From: Candidatus Omnitrophota bacterium
Lineage (GTDB): Bacteria; Omnitrophota; Gorgyraeia; Zapsychrales; Fredricksoniimonadaceae
Reading direction: 5' to 3'
Length of the DNA: 64,000 nt
Assembly (NCBI GenBank): GCA_044225175.1
Contig: JBGAJA010000001.1
Location: 70,994-134,993 of the forward strand
Position numbers and translations under genes: made by a program. Below the pieces are notes generated by a model. That model had not been told where the DNA came from, made no database searches, and saw only the letters and a program-made list of their open reading frames with translations. Positions 31,146-40,268 of this stretch are shown piece by piece (position 1 is the stretch's first letter; each line of letters starts with the position of its first letter).

Positions 31146-31935
31146 AACGACTATAGGAATTATTGGCGGGGGAAATATGGGGGAGGCTTTAATCAAAGGT
31201 CTCCATAAATCTTATGCCTTACATGTTACAGAAGCTGACCAAAAGCGTACACAATACTTAAAGAAGCACTATCGATTAACAATTGCAGACATTGATGCCA
31301 CCATCCAAAAATCCCATGTCCTGATTCTTGCTGTGAAACCTCAAGATATGCAAACGGTGCTGTCCTATGTGAAGGTGGGAAATCAATTTTCAAAGAAGGA
31401 TCAGTTGGTTATTTCGATTGCGGCAGGTTTAACAACGAGATTTTTTGAGAAACAATTAGGGAAATCTCGCGTTGTGCGAACAATGCCTAATATGCCCGCT
31501 TTGATTGGAGAGGGAATCACAGGGATATGTCCAGGAAAGTATGCAACTCCTTCTGACCTAAAGCTTGCTCAAAAGCTTTTAGAGACAATTGGAGAGACCG
31601 TTATTGTTAAAGAATCGATGATTGATGCAGTGACTGCTGTTTCAGGAAGCGGCCCGGCGTATGTATTTTTATTTGTGGAACAATGGATGGCTGCGGCTAA
31701 GAAGCTTGGGTTTAATGATAACCAAGCAAAGCAATTGGTCTATAAGACATTGCTTGGAAGTGCACATCTTCTTGAAAAAAGCGAATTTTCAGCTGGAACT
31801 TTACGTGAGAAAGTTACCTCCAAAGGTGGGACTACAGCTGCTGCCTTAGATGTGTTTGCTAAGGGTAAGTTTGATTCACTCATGAACAGTGCTCTTGGTG
31901 CGGCGAAGAAGAGAGCTAAAGAGTTAGCTAAATAA
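31138..31935 (+). CDS. proC: Pyrroline-5-carboxylate reductase
   Basis: GGGNMG, LAVKPQ, SIAAG, RTMPN, SGSGPAY, VTSKGGTT. Confidence 0.97.
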   Translation: MLKTTIGIIGGGNMGEALIKGLHKSYALHVTEADQKRTQYLKKHYRLTIADIDATIQKSHVLILAVKPQDMQTVLSYVKVGNQFSKKDQLVISIAAGLTTRFFEKQLGKSRVVRTMPNMPALIGEGITGICPGKYATPSDLKLAQKLLETIGETVIVKESMIDAVTAVSGSGPAYVFLFVEQWMAAAKKLGFNDNQAKQLVYKTLLGSAHLLEKSEFSAGTLREKVTSKGGTTAAALDVFAKGKFDSLMNSALGAAKKRAKELAK

Positions 31936-31940
31936 TTTGT

Positions 31941-32029
31941 GTGTCATTGCGAGGAGCAAAGCGACGAAGCAATCCTTTTAGAATGCTTAAAAGATTGCTT
32001 CGGCCTAAAAGCAGGCCTCGCAATGACAC
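31941..32029. repeat. Palindromic REP/MITE-like element, copy 2 (proC-mtnP spacer)
   Basis: Same 13-bp TIR; inner GAAGCAATC...GATTGCTTC. Confidence 0.9.
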
Positions 32030-32047
32030 CTGTGATCGGAGAAAATC

Positions 32048-32908
32048 ATGGCTATCGTTGGGGTGATTGGTGGAAGTGGACTTTATCAGATGGAGGGGAT
32101 CAGTAATCTTAAGGAGGTTACGCTTAAGACTCCTTTTGGGAATCCGTCCGATGCTTATTTCACTGGCGAAATCCAAAAGACCAAGGTGGTGTTCTTGCCT
32201 CGGCATGGGCGTGGACATGCTATTTCTCCCTCCGAGATTAACTATAGGGCTAATATCTATGGAATGAAAGAACTTGGAGTTGAAGCCATCCTGTCTGTTT
32301 CAGCCTGCGGAAGTCTTCGTAAGAAATATAAACCAATGGATTTTGTGATTCCGGATCAGTTCTTGGATCGTACGCGTAAGGGAAGACTAGATACATTTTT
32401 TACTGATGGCATTGTGGCCCATGTGGCTTTTGCGGATCCGATCAGTCCAGAGATTGCAGACATTATTGAATCCTCAGCTAAAGCTTTAGGAATCAAAGCT
32501 CATCGTGGGGGAACCTACGTCAACATGGAAGGTCCTCAGTTCTCGACGAAGGCTGAGTCTAATTTGTATCGTAAGTGGGGAATGGATATTATTGGAATGA
32601 CGAATTTGACTGAGGCCAAGCTTGCTCGTGAAGCTGAGATTTCTTATGCGACTTTGGCTGCTGTCACAGATTATGATTGCTGGCATCCCGAACATGATTC
32701 GGTGACTGTTGAAATGATTATCCATAATTTGCATGAGAATGTAGGTAATGCGAAGAAAATTTTAAGTGCTGCTATTCCTCAGGTAGGAAAATTAAAGAAG
32801 TTTTCAGCTTCAGAAGCGTTGAAATTTGCTATCATCACAAGTCGCGATAAGATTAGCGCGCAAAAGAAGAAAGAACTCAATGTCATCATCGGAAAATACA
32901 TCAAATAG
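32048..32908 (+). CDS. mtnP: S-methyl-5'-thioadenosine phosphorylase
   Basis: IGGSGLY, TPFG.PS, LPRHGRGH, EGPQFSTKAES, GMT, VTDYDCW. Confidence 0.95.
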   Translation: MAIVGVIGGSGLYQMEGISNLKEVTLKTPFGNPSDAYFTGEIQKTKVVFLPRHGRGHAISPSEINYRANIYGMKELGVEAILSVSACGSLRKKYKPMDFVIPDQFLDRTRKGRLDTFFTDGIVAHVAFADPISPEIADIIESSAKALGIKAHRGGTYVNMEGPQFSTKAESNLYRKWGMDIIGMTNLTEAKLAREAEISYATLAAVTDYDCWHPEHDSVTVEMIIHNLHENVGNAKKILSAAIPQVGKLKKFSASEALKFAIITSRDKISAQKKKELNVIIGKYIK

Positions 32909-35705
32909 CGTTGATTACCAAAAGACTTTAAATTTGCCCAAGACAGATTTTGCCATGAAAGCAAATTTGACCCAGCGTGAGCCTCAGTTTTTGGCAAAAT
33001 GGGAGAGTGATAAGATCTATCAACGTCTTCGTGAGAAATCCAAAGGCAAGAAGCCTTTTATTCTTCATGATGGACCTCCCTATGCTAATGGTCATATTCA
33101 TATAGGCCATGCTCTCAATAAAATTCTTAAAGATATTATAGTTCGTTACAAGTCCATGAAAGGCTTTGATGCTTTGTATGTTCCTGGCTGGGACTGCCAT
33201 GGGTTACCTATTGAACATCAATTGCTCAAAGACTTAAAGGCAAAGAAGGGGGACTTTGATACGGTTGTCTTTCGTAAGAAAGCCCATGATTATGCTATGA
33301 AGTTTGTTGGTATTCAGCGTGATGAATTTAAGCGCCTGGGAATTTGGGCACAATGGGACAATCCCTATTTAACCTTGGCTCCGGGTTATGAATTTTGGAT
33401 TCTTAAATCTTTAGCTACTTTGGTTGATAAAGGCTATGTGTACCGCAGTTTAAAGCCTGTGAACTGGTGTTTTAGCTGTGAAACAGCCTTAGCTGAGGCA
33501 GAGGTAGAACATGAAAATAAAGAGTCTCCAACTGTATTTGTGAAGTTCAAAGTGAACAATCCTCAAGTACTGGCAATGCCTAGTGGTCCGTCGGTATCTC
33601 TACTTATTTGGACAACTACTCCATGGACTTTATTAGCCAATGTGGCCGTTGCCACCCATGCCGATTTTACTTATGTTTTAGCAGATTTAGGTCATGAAGT
33701 TGTCATTGTAGAAAAGACCCTTTCAGAAGCTATCTTTGCTAAGGCCAATGTGCAGGCTAAGATCATTAAAGAAGTTAAGGGTAAGGATTTAACTGGGCTC
33801 ACATACACACATCCTTTTGATAAGCTAAAAGATTGTCCTGTTGTAAATGTCGATTATGTCACCAAAGAAGATGGTACTGGTCTTGTTCATACGGCTCCTG
33901 GTCATGGCCAGGAAGATTATCAAACTGGCTTAAAGTACAAATTGCCTATTGTGATGCCTGTTAACAGCAAGGGTGTTTTTAATGAAGAGGGCGCTCCATT
34001 TACAGGTCAACATGTCTTTAAAGCTAATGAAGTCATTATTGCCAATCTTAAAGAGAGAGGTTTATTATTTTCAACTGAGAATATTCAGCATTCTTATCCT
34101 CATTGCTGGCGTTGTAAAAATCCTGTGATTTTTCGTGCCACAGAACAATGGTTTTTGAATGTGTCTCATCATGGTCTGCGAGAAAAGCTTAAGAGTTCGA
34201 TTGAGAATGATGTTCAGTGGGTCCCGCCAGCTGGGCGTGAACGTATTTTGGGAATGGTGGCTACTCGTCCGGATTGGTGTTTGTCCCGCCAAAGACTCTG
34301 GGGGGTTCCTATCCCAGCTTTAGTCTGTCAAGGCTGCCAGGGAGAGCATAAGCTTTTTGTTAAGGTTATTGAACATTTGGCTGGAATTGTCAAAACAGCA
34401 GGCAGCGATGTTTGGTTTGAACGTGATGTGAAGGATTTAATTCCTCCTGGCTTCAAATGTCCTGATTGTGGGGGAGATTCATTCGAGAAAACTCATGATA
34501 TTCTGGATGTTTGGTTTGATTCTGGCGTTAGCCATCAAGCGGTCTTTCATACGCTCATCAATTTGCCTTTACCTGCGGATCTGTATTTGGAAGGCTCCGA
34601 TCAGCATCGCGGATGGTTCCAATCATCTTTGATTCCTTCTGTTGCCATAGATGGCAAAGCGCCTTATCGCCAAGTCTTGACCCATGGTTTTGTAGTGGAT
34701 GGGCAAGGACGTAAGATGTCCAAATCTCTAGGAAATGTCATGTCTCCGCAAGATATGATTAAAGATAATGGGGCTGAGATTCTCCGCTTGTGGGTTGCTT
34801 CCAGCTCTTACAACGATGATGTACGAATCTCCAAAGAAATCATTGATCGTTTGGTTGACTCTTACCGTAAGATTCGTAACACCGTGCGTTATCTTTTGGG
34901 TAATTTAAGCGACTTTAAGCCTGATACAGATCTTTTAGACTACACCAAAATGCTAGACCTAGATCGCTGGGCTTTAAACCGTTTGGCACATGTGATTGAA
35001 GAGGTAGATAGAGCTTACGAAACCTATGATTTTGTAAAGGTTTATAAGACAATTCATAGCTTTTGCAATGAGGATCTTTCAACCATTTATCTTGACATCC
35101 TAAAAGACCGCTTGTATACTTGCCGCACTTTATCAGTCGAAAGAAAGTCGGCCCAGAGCGTTTTATATTATATACTTGATAGTCTGATGCGTATGATTGC
35201 TCCAATGATGGTTGTAACCTCCCAGGAGATATTTGACATAAGTCCTTCAAAATCTTCAGGTTCAAAAGAACCTAGTGTTCATCTGTTAGATTGGCCAACG
35301 GTTGATCCGCAGTGGAAGAATCAGCCTATTGAAGAGAGGTATAAGGTTCTTTTAGACTTCCGGTCCTTTGTTCTTAAAGCTTTGGATGAACAAAGAAAGC
35401 TAGGGGTCATTGGAAGCGGATTGCAAGCTAAAGTCATCATCAAAAGTGCAAGCAATCGCGATTTAGAGTATTTAAAGAGCTTTCAAGCAGATTTAGCCAC
35501 TTATTTTATAGTTTCAAGTGTGGAAATTGAACAAGTATCAAGTGTTTCACAGGGTTTAAACGATTATTTCTCTCAAACATCAATTGAAGTACAAGCAGCT
35601 GATGGGGTCAAATGCGCCCGCTGCTGGAATTATAAGACTGATGTCGGAGAAAACAAAAAACATCCAAGCTTGTGTGTGCGTTGTTCACAAGTGGTGGAGA
35701 ATTAA
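32880..35705 (+). CDS. ileS: Isoleucyl-tRNA synthetase, type 1
   Basis: TLNLPKT, HDGPPYANGHIHIGH, KMSKS, C-terminal CARCW...CVRC; start at ATG 32880. Confidence 0.98.
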   Translation: MSSSENTSNSVDYQKTLNLPKTDFAMKANLTQREPQFLAKWESDKIYQRLREKSKGKKPFILHDGPPYANGHIHIGHALNKILKDIIVRYKSMKGFDALYVPGWDCHGLPIEHQLLKDLKAKKGDFDTVVFRKKAHDYAMKFVGIQRDEFKRLGIWAQWDNPYLTLAPGYEFWILKSLATLVDKGYVYRSLKPVNWCFSCETALAEAEVEHENKESPTVFVKFKVNNPQVLAMPSGPSVSLLIWTTTPWTLLANVAVATHADFTYVLADLGHEVVIVEKTLSEAIFAKANVQAKIIKEVKGKDLTGLTYTHPFDKLKDCPVVNVDYVTKEDGTGLVHTAPGHGQEDYQTGLKYKLPIVMPVNSKGVFNEEGAPFTGQHVFKANEVIIANLKERGLLFSTENIQHSYPHCWRCKNPVIFRATEQWFLNVSHHGLREKLKSSIENDVQWVPPAGRERILGMVATRPDWCLSRQRLWGVPIPALVCQGCQGEHKLFVKVIEHLAGIVKTAGSDVWFERDVKDLIPPGFKCPDCGGDSFEKTHDILDVWFDSGVSHQAVFHTLINLPLPADLYLEGSDQHRGWFQSSLIPSVAIDGKAPYRQVLTHGFVVDGQGRKMSKSLGNVMSPQDMIKDNGAEILRLWVASSSYNDDVRISKEIIDRLVDSYRKIRNTVRYLLGNLSDFKPDTDLLDYTKMLDLDRWALNRLAHVIEEVDRAYETYDFVKVYKTIHSFCNEDLSTIYLDILKDRLYTCRTLSVERKSAQSVLYYILDSLMRMIAPMMVVTSQEIFDISPSKSSGSKEPSVHLLDWPTVDPQWKNQPIEERYKVLLDFRSFVLKALDEQRKLGVIGSGLQAKVIIKSASNRDLEYLKSFQADLATYFIVSSVEIEQVSSVSQGLNDYFSQTSIEVQAADGVKCARCWNYKTDVGENKKHPSLCVRCSQVVEN

Positions 35706-35720
35706 CCGGAGATAAGTTCA

Positions 35721-36128
35721 ATGCCTGGAAAAGTCATTAAAAGAGTCAAAATCAAGATTAATCCAAAGTTAGAAGTTTATAGAAAGCTTCTGATTAAAGC
35801 TAAAGATCAAATTGTGGGGGACATTAGAAATCTTTCCAATGACAACGATGGCAGTGCTAATGATCGAAGCGGAGACGTCTCTGGTCACGCACTTCACATG
35901 GCTGATGTGGCAACGGATATGTATGATCGTGAATTTGCAATGGGATTAGCTGCCAACGATCGCGAACTTTTAACTCGTATTCAAGATGCAATGATGCGTA
36001 TACAAGAAGGTACTTTTGGTGTTTGTGAACAATGCAAGAAACCAATCGCCGCCACACGTCTAAAGGCTCTTCCTTATGTTACAACCTGCTTAAAATGTCA
36101 GGAACAAATTGAATCTAAGCGCAGATAA
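35721..36128 (+). CDS. DksA/TraR-family C4 zinc-finger regulator
   Basis: HMADVATD coiled-coil tip, GTFGVCEQC...RLKALP...CLKC. Confidence 0.92.
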   Translation: MPGKVIKRVKIKINPKLEVYRKLLIKAKDQIVGDIRNLSNDNDGSANDRSGDVSGHALHMADVATDMYDREFAMGLAANDRELLTRIQDAMMRIQEGTFGVCEQCKKPIAATRLKALPYVTTCLKCQEQIESKRR

Positions 36129-36131
36129 CAC

Positions 36132-36608
36132 ATGAATGATTTCAAGCGCTCTAAAATTGATATTCTTATTTTTGTCGGTGGTGTCTTAGGGACGATCATT
36201 TTAGACAGATTCAGCAAGATCTTTTTTTCCAATCTCCTAGATGTTAATGATTCCCTTATTCTCATCAAAAACGTTTTCCATTTTACTCTAGTTCATAATA
36301 CAGGAATTGCTTTCGGACTTTTTAAAGACCAAGGTTTTGTGTTTTTTATCATTCCTGTTGTTTTAACAGGGCTCCTCATTTACAACATTTATTACTACAA
36401 GCACGCAGATCAATTAAGCCGTATTTATATTGCAGCTTTTTCTTTAATTTTAGGAGGGGCAATTGGAAATTTAATTGATCGAATTACATTAGGCTATGTG
36501 ATTGATTTTATTGATTTTCGTGTCTGGCCGGTGTTTAATATTGCGGACAGTGCCATTACAATCGGGGCGGCCATTATTTTGTTGAAGTGTATTCCATCAG
36601 TCAAATAA
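36132..36608 (+). CDS. lspA: Lipoprotein signal peptidase
   Basis: NTGIAFG, GGAIGNLIDR, VIDFI, WPVFNIAD. Confidence 0.97.
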   Translation: MNDFKRSKIDILIFVGGVLGTIILDRFSKIFFSNLLDVNDSLILIKNVFHFTLVHNTGIAFGLFKDQGFVFFIIPVVLTGLLIYNIYYYKHADQLSRIYIAAFSLILGGAIGNLIDRITLGYVIDFIDFRVWPVFNIADSAITIGAAIILLKCIPSVK

Positions 36609-36612
36609 ATAA

Positions 36613-36682
36613 GTGTCATTGCGAGCGAAAGCGAAGCAATCTTAAAGATTGCTTCAGTCGCTTTGCTCCTTCGCAATGACAC
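36613..36682. repeat. Palindromic REP/MITE-like element, copy 3 (lspA-lgt spacer)
   Basis: 12-bp TIR GTGTCATTGCGA/TCGCAATGACAC; inner GAAGCAATCTT...AAGATTGCTTC. Confidence 0.9.
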
Positions 36683-36691
36683 AAAATTCCT

Positions 36692-37414
36692 ATGCATCCT
36701 ATTCTTTTCAATATAGGTCCAGTCACAGTATTTTCTTATGGCGTGATGATTGCTCTTGCAGTCATTGTCTGCGCGTTTCTTTTAAGTCGAGATGCCAAAG
36801 TTTATAATATTCCTGCCGAAACCATTCATGATTTGATGTTCATGGTCGTTGCTTGTGGAATTTTAGGGGCACGAGTTTTTTATATTATTTTGACTTGGGA
36901 TTACTTTAAAGATAATCCCATGGAAATGATTATGTTAACTCATGGCGGTCTCGCATGGCAGGGTGGATTGATTGCTGGGATGCTCTCTGGATTTTGGTTT
37001 GTTCGTCTTAAGAAGTTAAAACTAAGGTTTGTTTTAGATTTAGTTGCTCCGTATGTTGCTTTAGGACAAGCCATTGGCCGTCTTGGTTGCTTTTTTAATG
37101 GTTGTTGTTATGGAAAGCCAGCTCCCTGGGGAATATATTTTCCCGTTCATCACGACCGTCTTCATCCGACTCAACTGTATGAAACAGCTGGATTGTTTGT
37201 GGCATTCTTGATTCTTAAGTATGCTCAGAAAAAACCTCATCATGCAGGTATGATTTTTGTTCTTTATTTATGGTTGGGGGCAATTGAACGTTTTATTGTG
37301 GAATTCTTCCGCGCAGACCATGATCAACTATGGTATGGCTTAAGTTTATTTCAGTACATTTCGCTAGGGATCTTTAGTATAGGGCTAGTGCTTTTAATGC
37401 GGTTTAGAAAATGA
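36692..37414 (+). CDS. lgt: Prolipoprotein diacylglyceryl transferase
   Basis: GARVFY, GGLAWQGG, GRLGCFFNGCCYG, HPTQLYE, RFIVEFFR. Confidence 0.96.
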   Translation: MHPILFNIGPVTVFSYGVMIALAVIVCAFLLSRDAKVYNIPAETIHDLMFMVVACGILGARVFYIILTWDYFKDNPMEMIMLTHGGLAWQGGLIAGMLSGFWFVRLKKLKLRFVLDLVAPYVALGQAIGRLGCFFNGCCYGKPAPWGIYFPVHHDRLHPTQLYETAGLFVAFLILKYAQKKPHHAGMIFVLYLWLGAIERFIVEFFRADHDQLWYGLSLFQYISLGIFSIGLVLLMRFRK

Positions 37415-38304
37415 AACATACCTTTATTGTTGAAGAGGCTTATAAAGATTTACGATTAGATATTTTCTTAACTCATGTGATTGAAAATGTTCCCTCCCGT
37501 ACATTTATCAAAAAGCTCATTGATTCAGATCAAGTCTTTGTCAACGGTAAGCCCTCTAAGACAAAATATAAGATGGCGATAGGCGACAAGGTGGAGGTTG
37601 ATGTGGATGAAGCATCCTTTGGGCCTAAAGATTTACCAGCCCAGAAAATGTCTTTGGATATTTTTTATGAAGACCCAGATCTCATCATTATTAATAAGCC
37701 TTCTGGATTAACAGTTCATCCAGCAAGCGGCGATCAAAGCGGAACGTTAGTAAATGGACTTTTAGGAAGGTTTGAAGAGCTTTCTGATATTAATGGCACG
37801 GTTCGTCCGGGCATCGTCCATCGTTTGGACAAAGACACCTCAGGATTAATCATTGTAGCCAAGACAAACGTGGCTCATGCCAGATTAGCCCGCCAATTTG
37901 AAAAACATACTGTAATTAAACGATATGTAGCGTTGGTTGAAGGCGTGATCCAATTTGATCAAGGCCTTATTGATGCAGAAATAGGACGTCATCGAAAATA
38001 TCATGATCAGCGAAGCATTGTAGAAGAGGGAGAAGGCAAGGAAGCCAGCACCCTTTATCAAGTCATTAAACGTTTTAAAAAATCCACACTAGTCGCCCTC
38101 TTTCCCCAAACGGGCCGAACGCATCAGCTTAGGGTTCACTTGAAACACCTAGGACACCCTATTCTTGGAGATGAGAAATATGGACGTAAAGAGTCCTTTT
38201 CAAGATTGGCCTTGCATGCGCAAAGTATAGCCTTTGATCATCCAATCACTAAAGACTCAATCGAATTTTCCTGTCCGGTTCCTAAAGAGTTTCTTGAGGG
38301 ATAG
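37411..38304 (+). CDS. rluD: RluD-like pseudouridine synthase with S4 domain
   Basis: RLDIFL, NKPSGL.VHP, RPGIVHRLDKDTSG, TGRTHQLRVH. Confidence 0.9.
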   Translation: MKHTFIVEEAYKDLRLDIFLTHVIENVPSRTFIKKLIDSDQVFVNGKPSKTKYKMAIGDKVEVDVDEASFGPKDLPAQKMSLDIFYEDPDLIIINKPSGLTVHPASGDQSGTLVNGLLGRFEELSDINGTVRPGIVHRLDKDTSGLIIVAKTNVAHARLARQFEKHTVIKRYVALVEGVIQFDQGLIDAEIGRHRKYHDQRSIVEEGEGKEASTLYQVIKRFKKSTLVALFPQTGRTHQLRVHLKHLGHPILGDEKYGRKESFSRLALHAQSIAFDHPITKDSIEFSCPVPKEFLEG

Positions 38305-38430
38305 GGATTTTATTTATCCATTGAATTGGATTTTCATCCCATCTTAACCTTCGCTTAGTTATACATATTCTAATGGCCCCTCGTGGGCGCAGTGTTTATT
38401 AAATGGGTAAAAGCAGAAGGGGATATGTTT

Positions 38431-39363
38431 ATGAAAAAAATTTTCATAGTCATGGGGATAGTTGTTCTTTTTTTGATAGGGATAGCGTTGGCTAAGGACT
38501 TCATTATTAAGTCTGTAGTTACACAAGTTGCTTCTAAGATGATAGGGACCAAGGTGCACATGGATGGTTTTTCGTTGAGTCTTTTAAAATCAACGATCAA
38601 AATATCTGGATTTAAGATTTATAACCCCAGCGGCTTTCCGGAAGGGATATTGGTGTCTTGTCCCACAATAAAGGTCATCTATGATCGTGAGGCTTTATTA
38701 AAGAATCAACAACACTTCTTACTTTTGGAGATTGAATTAAAAGAGATGGGGCTTACTAAAAACAAAGAAGGAAAACTCAACGTGGACTCATTGAAAATAG
38801 TGAAGGAACCAAAGTCGTCTCCAACGACCCCTATGCAAATCGATCTTCTTAACTTAAAGATCGGCAAAATTGTTTATAAGGATTACACCACCGGGAGCGA
38901 ACCTAGTGTTCGAGTCCACGATGTTAATAAACAACATAGTTATAAGAGCATTCCTTCGGCACAGCAATTAGCTTTACTTGTGCTTGCAGAGCCGATGAAG
39001 GCTGCGGCAATCAAAAACGCCCAGATCTATGGGGTTGCTATGTTAAGTGGTGTGGCGTTTCTTCCGGTTGCAGTCGCGGCAACATTTATAGGTCAAGATA
39101 GTGTACAGGAGATCGTTCATGCCAATTTTGATCATGTGTATAAAATCAGTCTTGAGGTAGTCGGGCGTATGGGTAAGATTACAAAAGATGATGCATCCAA
39201 TGGCTCAATTAAAGCCAATATCAAGGGGTCGAATATAGCGCTTGCGCTTAAGAAAAAATCAGACAATGAGACGGAAATAACAATTTCCGCACGTAAATAC
39301 ATGTTGCCTCAGCCTGATATTGCAGGAGGGGTTTTGTATCAAATCCTTGATAAGCTGCAATAA
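38431..39363 (+). CDS. AsmA-like protein with a C-terminal DUF3568-like domain
   Basis: N-terminal TM then ISGFKIYNPSGF...GKLNVDSL (AsmA-like); C-terminal alpha/beta domain; start set by SD GAAGGGG. Confidence 0.6.
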   Translation: MKKIFIVMGIVVLFLIGIALAKDFIIKSVVTQVASKMIGTKVHMDGFSLSLLKSTIKISGFKIYNPSGFPEGILVSCPTIKVIYDREALLKNQQHFLLLEIELKEMGLTKNKEGKLNVDSLKIVKEPKSSPTTPMQIDLLNLKIGKIVYKDYTTGSEPSVRVHDVNKQHSYKSIPSAQQLALLVLAEPMKAAAIKNAQIYGVAMLSGVAFLPVAVAATFIGQDSVQEIVHANFDHVYKISLEVVGRMGKITKDDASNGSIKANIKGSNIALALKKKSDNETEITISARKYMLPQPDIAGGVLYQILDKLQ

Positions 39364-39449
39364 AAATAATCGGGACATTGAGAAGTCCACGCCAATTCTT
39401 TCCATTTAACCCTTTACTCTAAAAAACTTCTTTTTATAATGATTACACT

Positions 39450-40268
39450 ATGAAAAATTCGAAAGGCAAAACATCTACTATTATTATCATTTTGATCACT
39501 CTTTTGTTGATCTCTTGTACTGCCATAGGGTTTTATTTGTATCAAAAAGAAAACCAGATGCGAAAAGACCTTGAGGTGCAGCTGCAAGACAGTAAAACGC
39601 AGCAAGATAAGCTTTCCAATGACCTTCGCGATGCTAAGAAGCAACTCCTGCTTCTTCAAGATAAAAATAAAGAGGCTGATGCCAAGATTAATAACTTGAT
39701 GGATGAAATTGAACTCACCCAAGGTCTTCGTAATGAATTAAAGAAAGAAAATGGTTCTTTAAAGGAAGCCATAGAGGCAGCAAAAAAAGAAAAAGAAGCA
39801 TTGAAAGCTGAACTCAATGATACCGCAAAAAAGTTGCAAGAGAATCTTGAGATTTTAAAAGCAGAACAAGTGAAAACAAAGGATCTACAAGCTCAAATCT
39901 ATTCTTATGATCAGTCAGAAACCCGTCGTCAGTCTAGATCTGACATCGCAAGATCTAGAGAGTTATCTCCAGACATGCCGCCACCAGCGCAGCAAAAAAT
40001 GGAGCTAGATAAGATTGTTGTTGGTGAACAGTCCGACAAAGGAAGGGTTCTAAGTGTGGATAAAGAATCAGATTTTGTTATCTGCAATTTAGGATCTCTG
40101 CATGGTATCCAGGCTGGAGATGTTTTGTCTGTTTATCATGAGGATCAGTATCTTGGTGAGTTAAAAGTCTCACGGGTACAGGAAGAAATGTCTGCTGCTG
40201 ATTTTGTTCCGCCATTATCCAGTCGTAAAGTCCGAAAGAATGACATCGTTGTGCTTAAACAATCATGA
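39450..40268 (+). CDS. Membrane-anchored coiled-coil protein with C-terminal beta domain
   Basis: N-terminal TM, long heptad region, NLGSLHGIQAGDVLSVY...GELKVSRV (FlgT-C-like pattern). Confidence 0.7.
   Translation: MKNSKGKTSTIIIILITLLLISCTAIGFYLYQKENQMRKDLEVQLQDSKTQQDKLSNDLRDAKKQLLLLQDKNKEADAKINNLMDEIELTQGLRNELKKENGSLKEAIEAAKKEKEALKAELNDTAKKLQENLEILKAEQVKTKDLQAQIYSYDQSETRRQSRSDIARSRELSPDMPPPAQQKMELDKIVVGEQSDKGRVLSVDKESDFVICNLGSLHGIQAGDVLSVYHEDQYLGELKVSRVQEEMSAADFVPPLSSRKVRKNDIVVLKQS

Noticed and set aside
31928-32218. Minus-strand 96-aa ORF, and similarly 36494-36697 and 23027-23209
   Set aside because: Their sequences (LLRRFAPRND, SLRRSKATEAI, SLRAKRSNL) are translations of the palindromic repeat in other frames
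39933-39959. Inverted repeat TCTAGATCT/AGATCTAGA inside the coiled-coil gene
   Set aside because: Only 9-bp arms, explained by SRS/RSR codons, single occurrence
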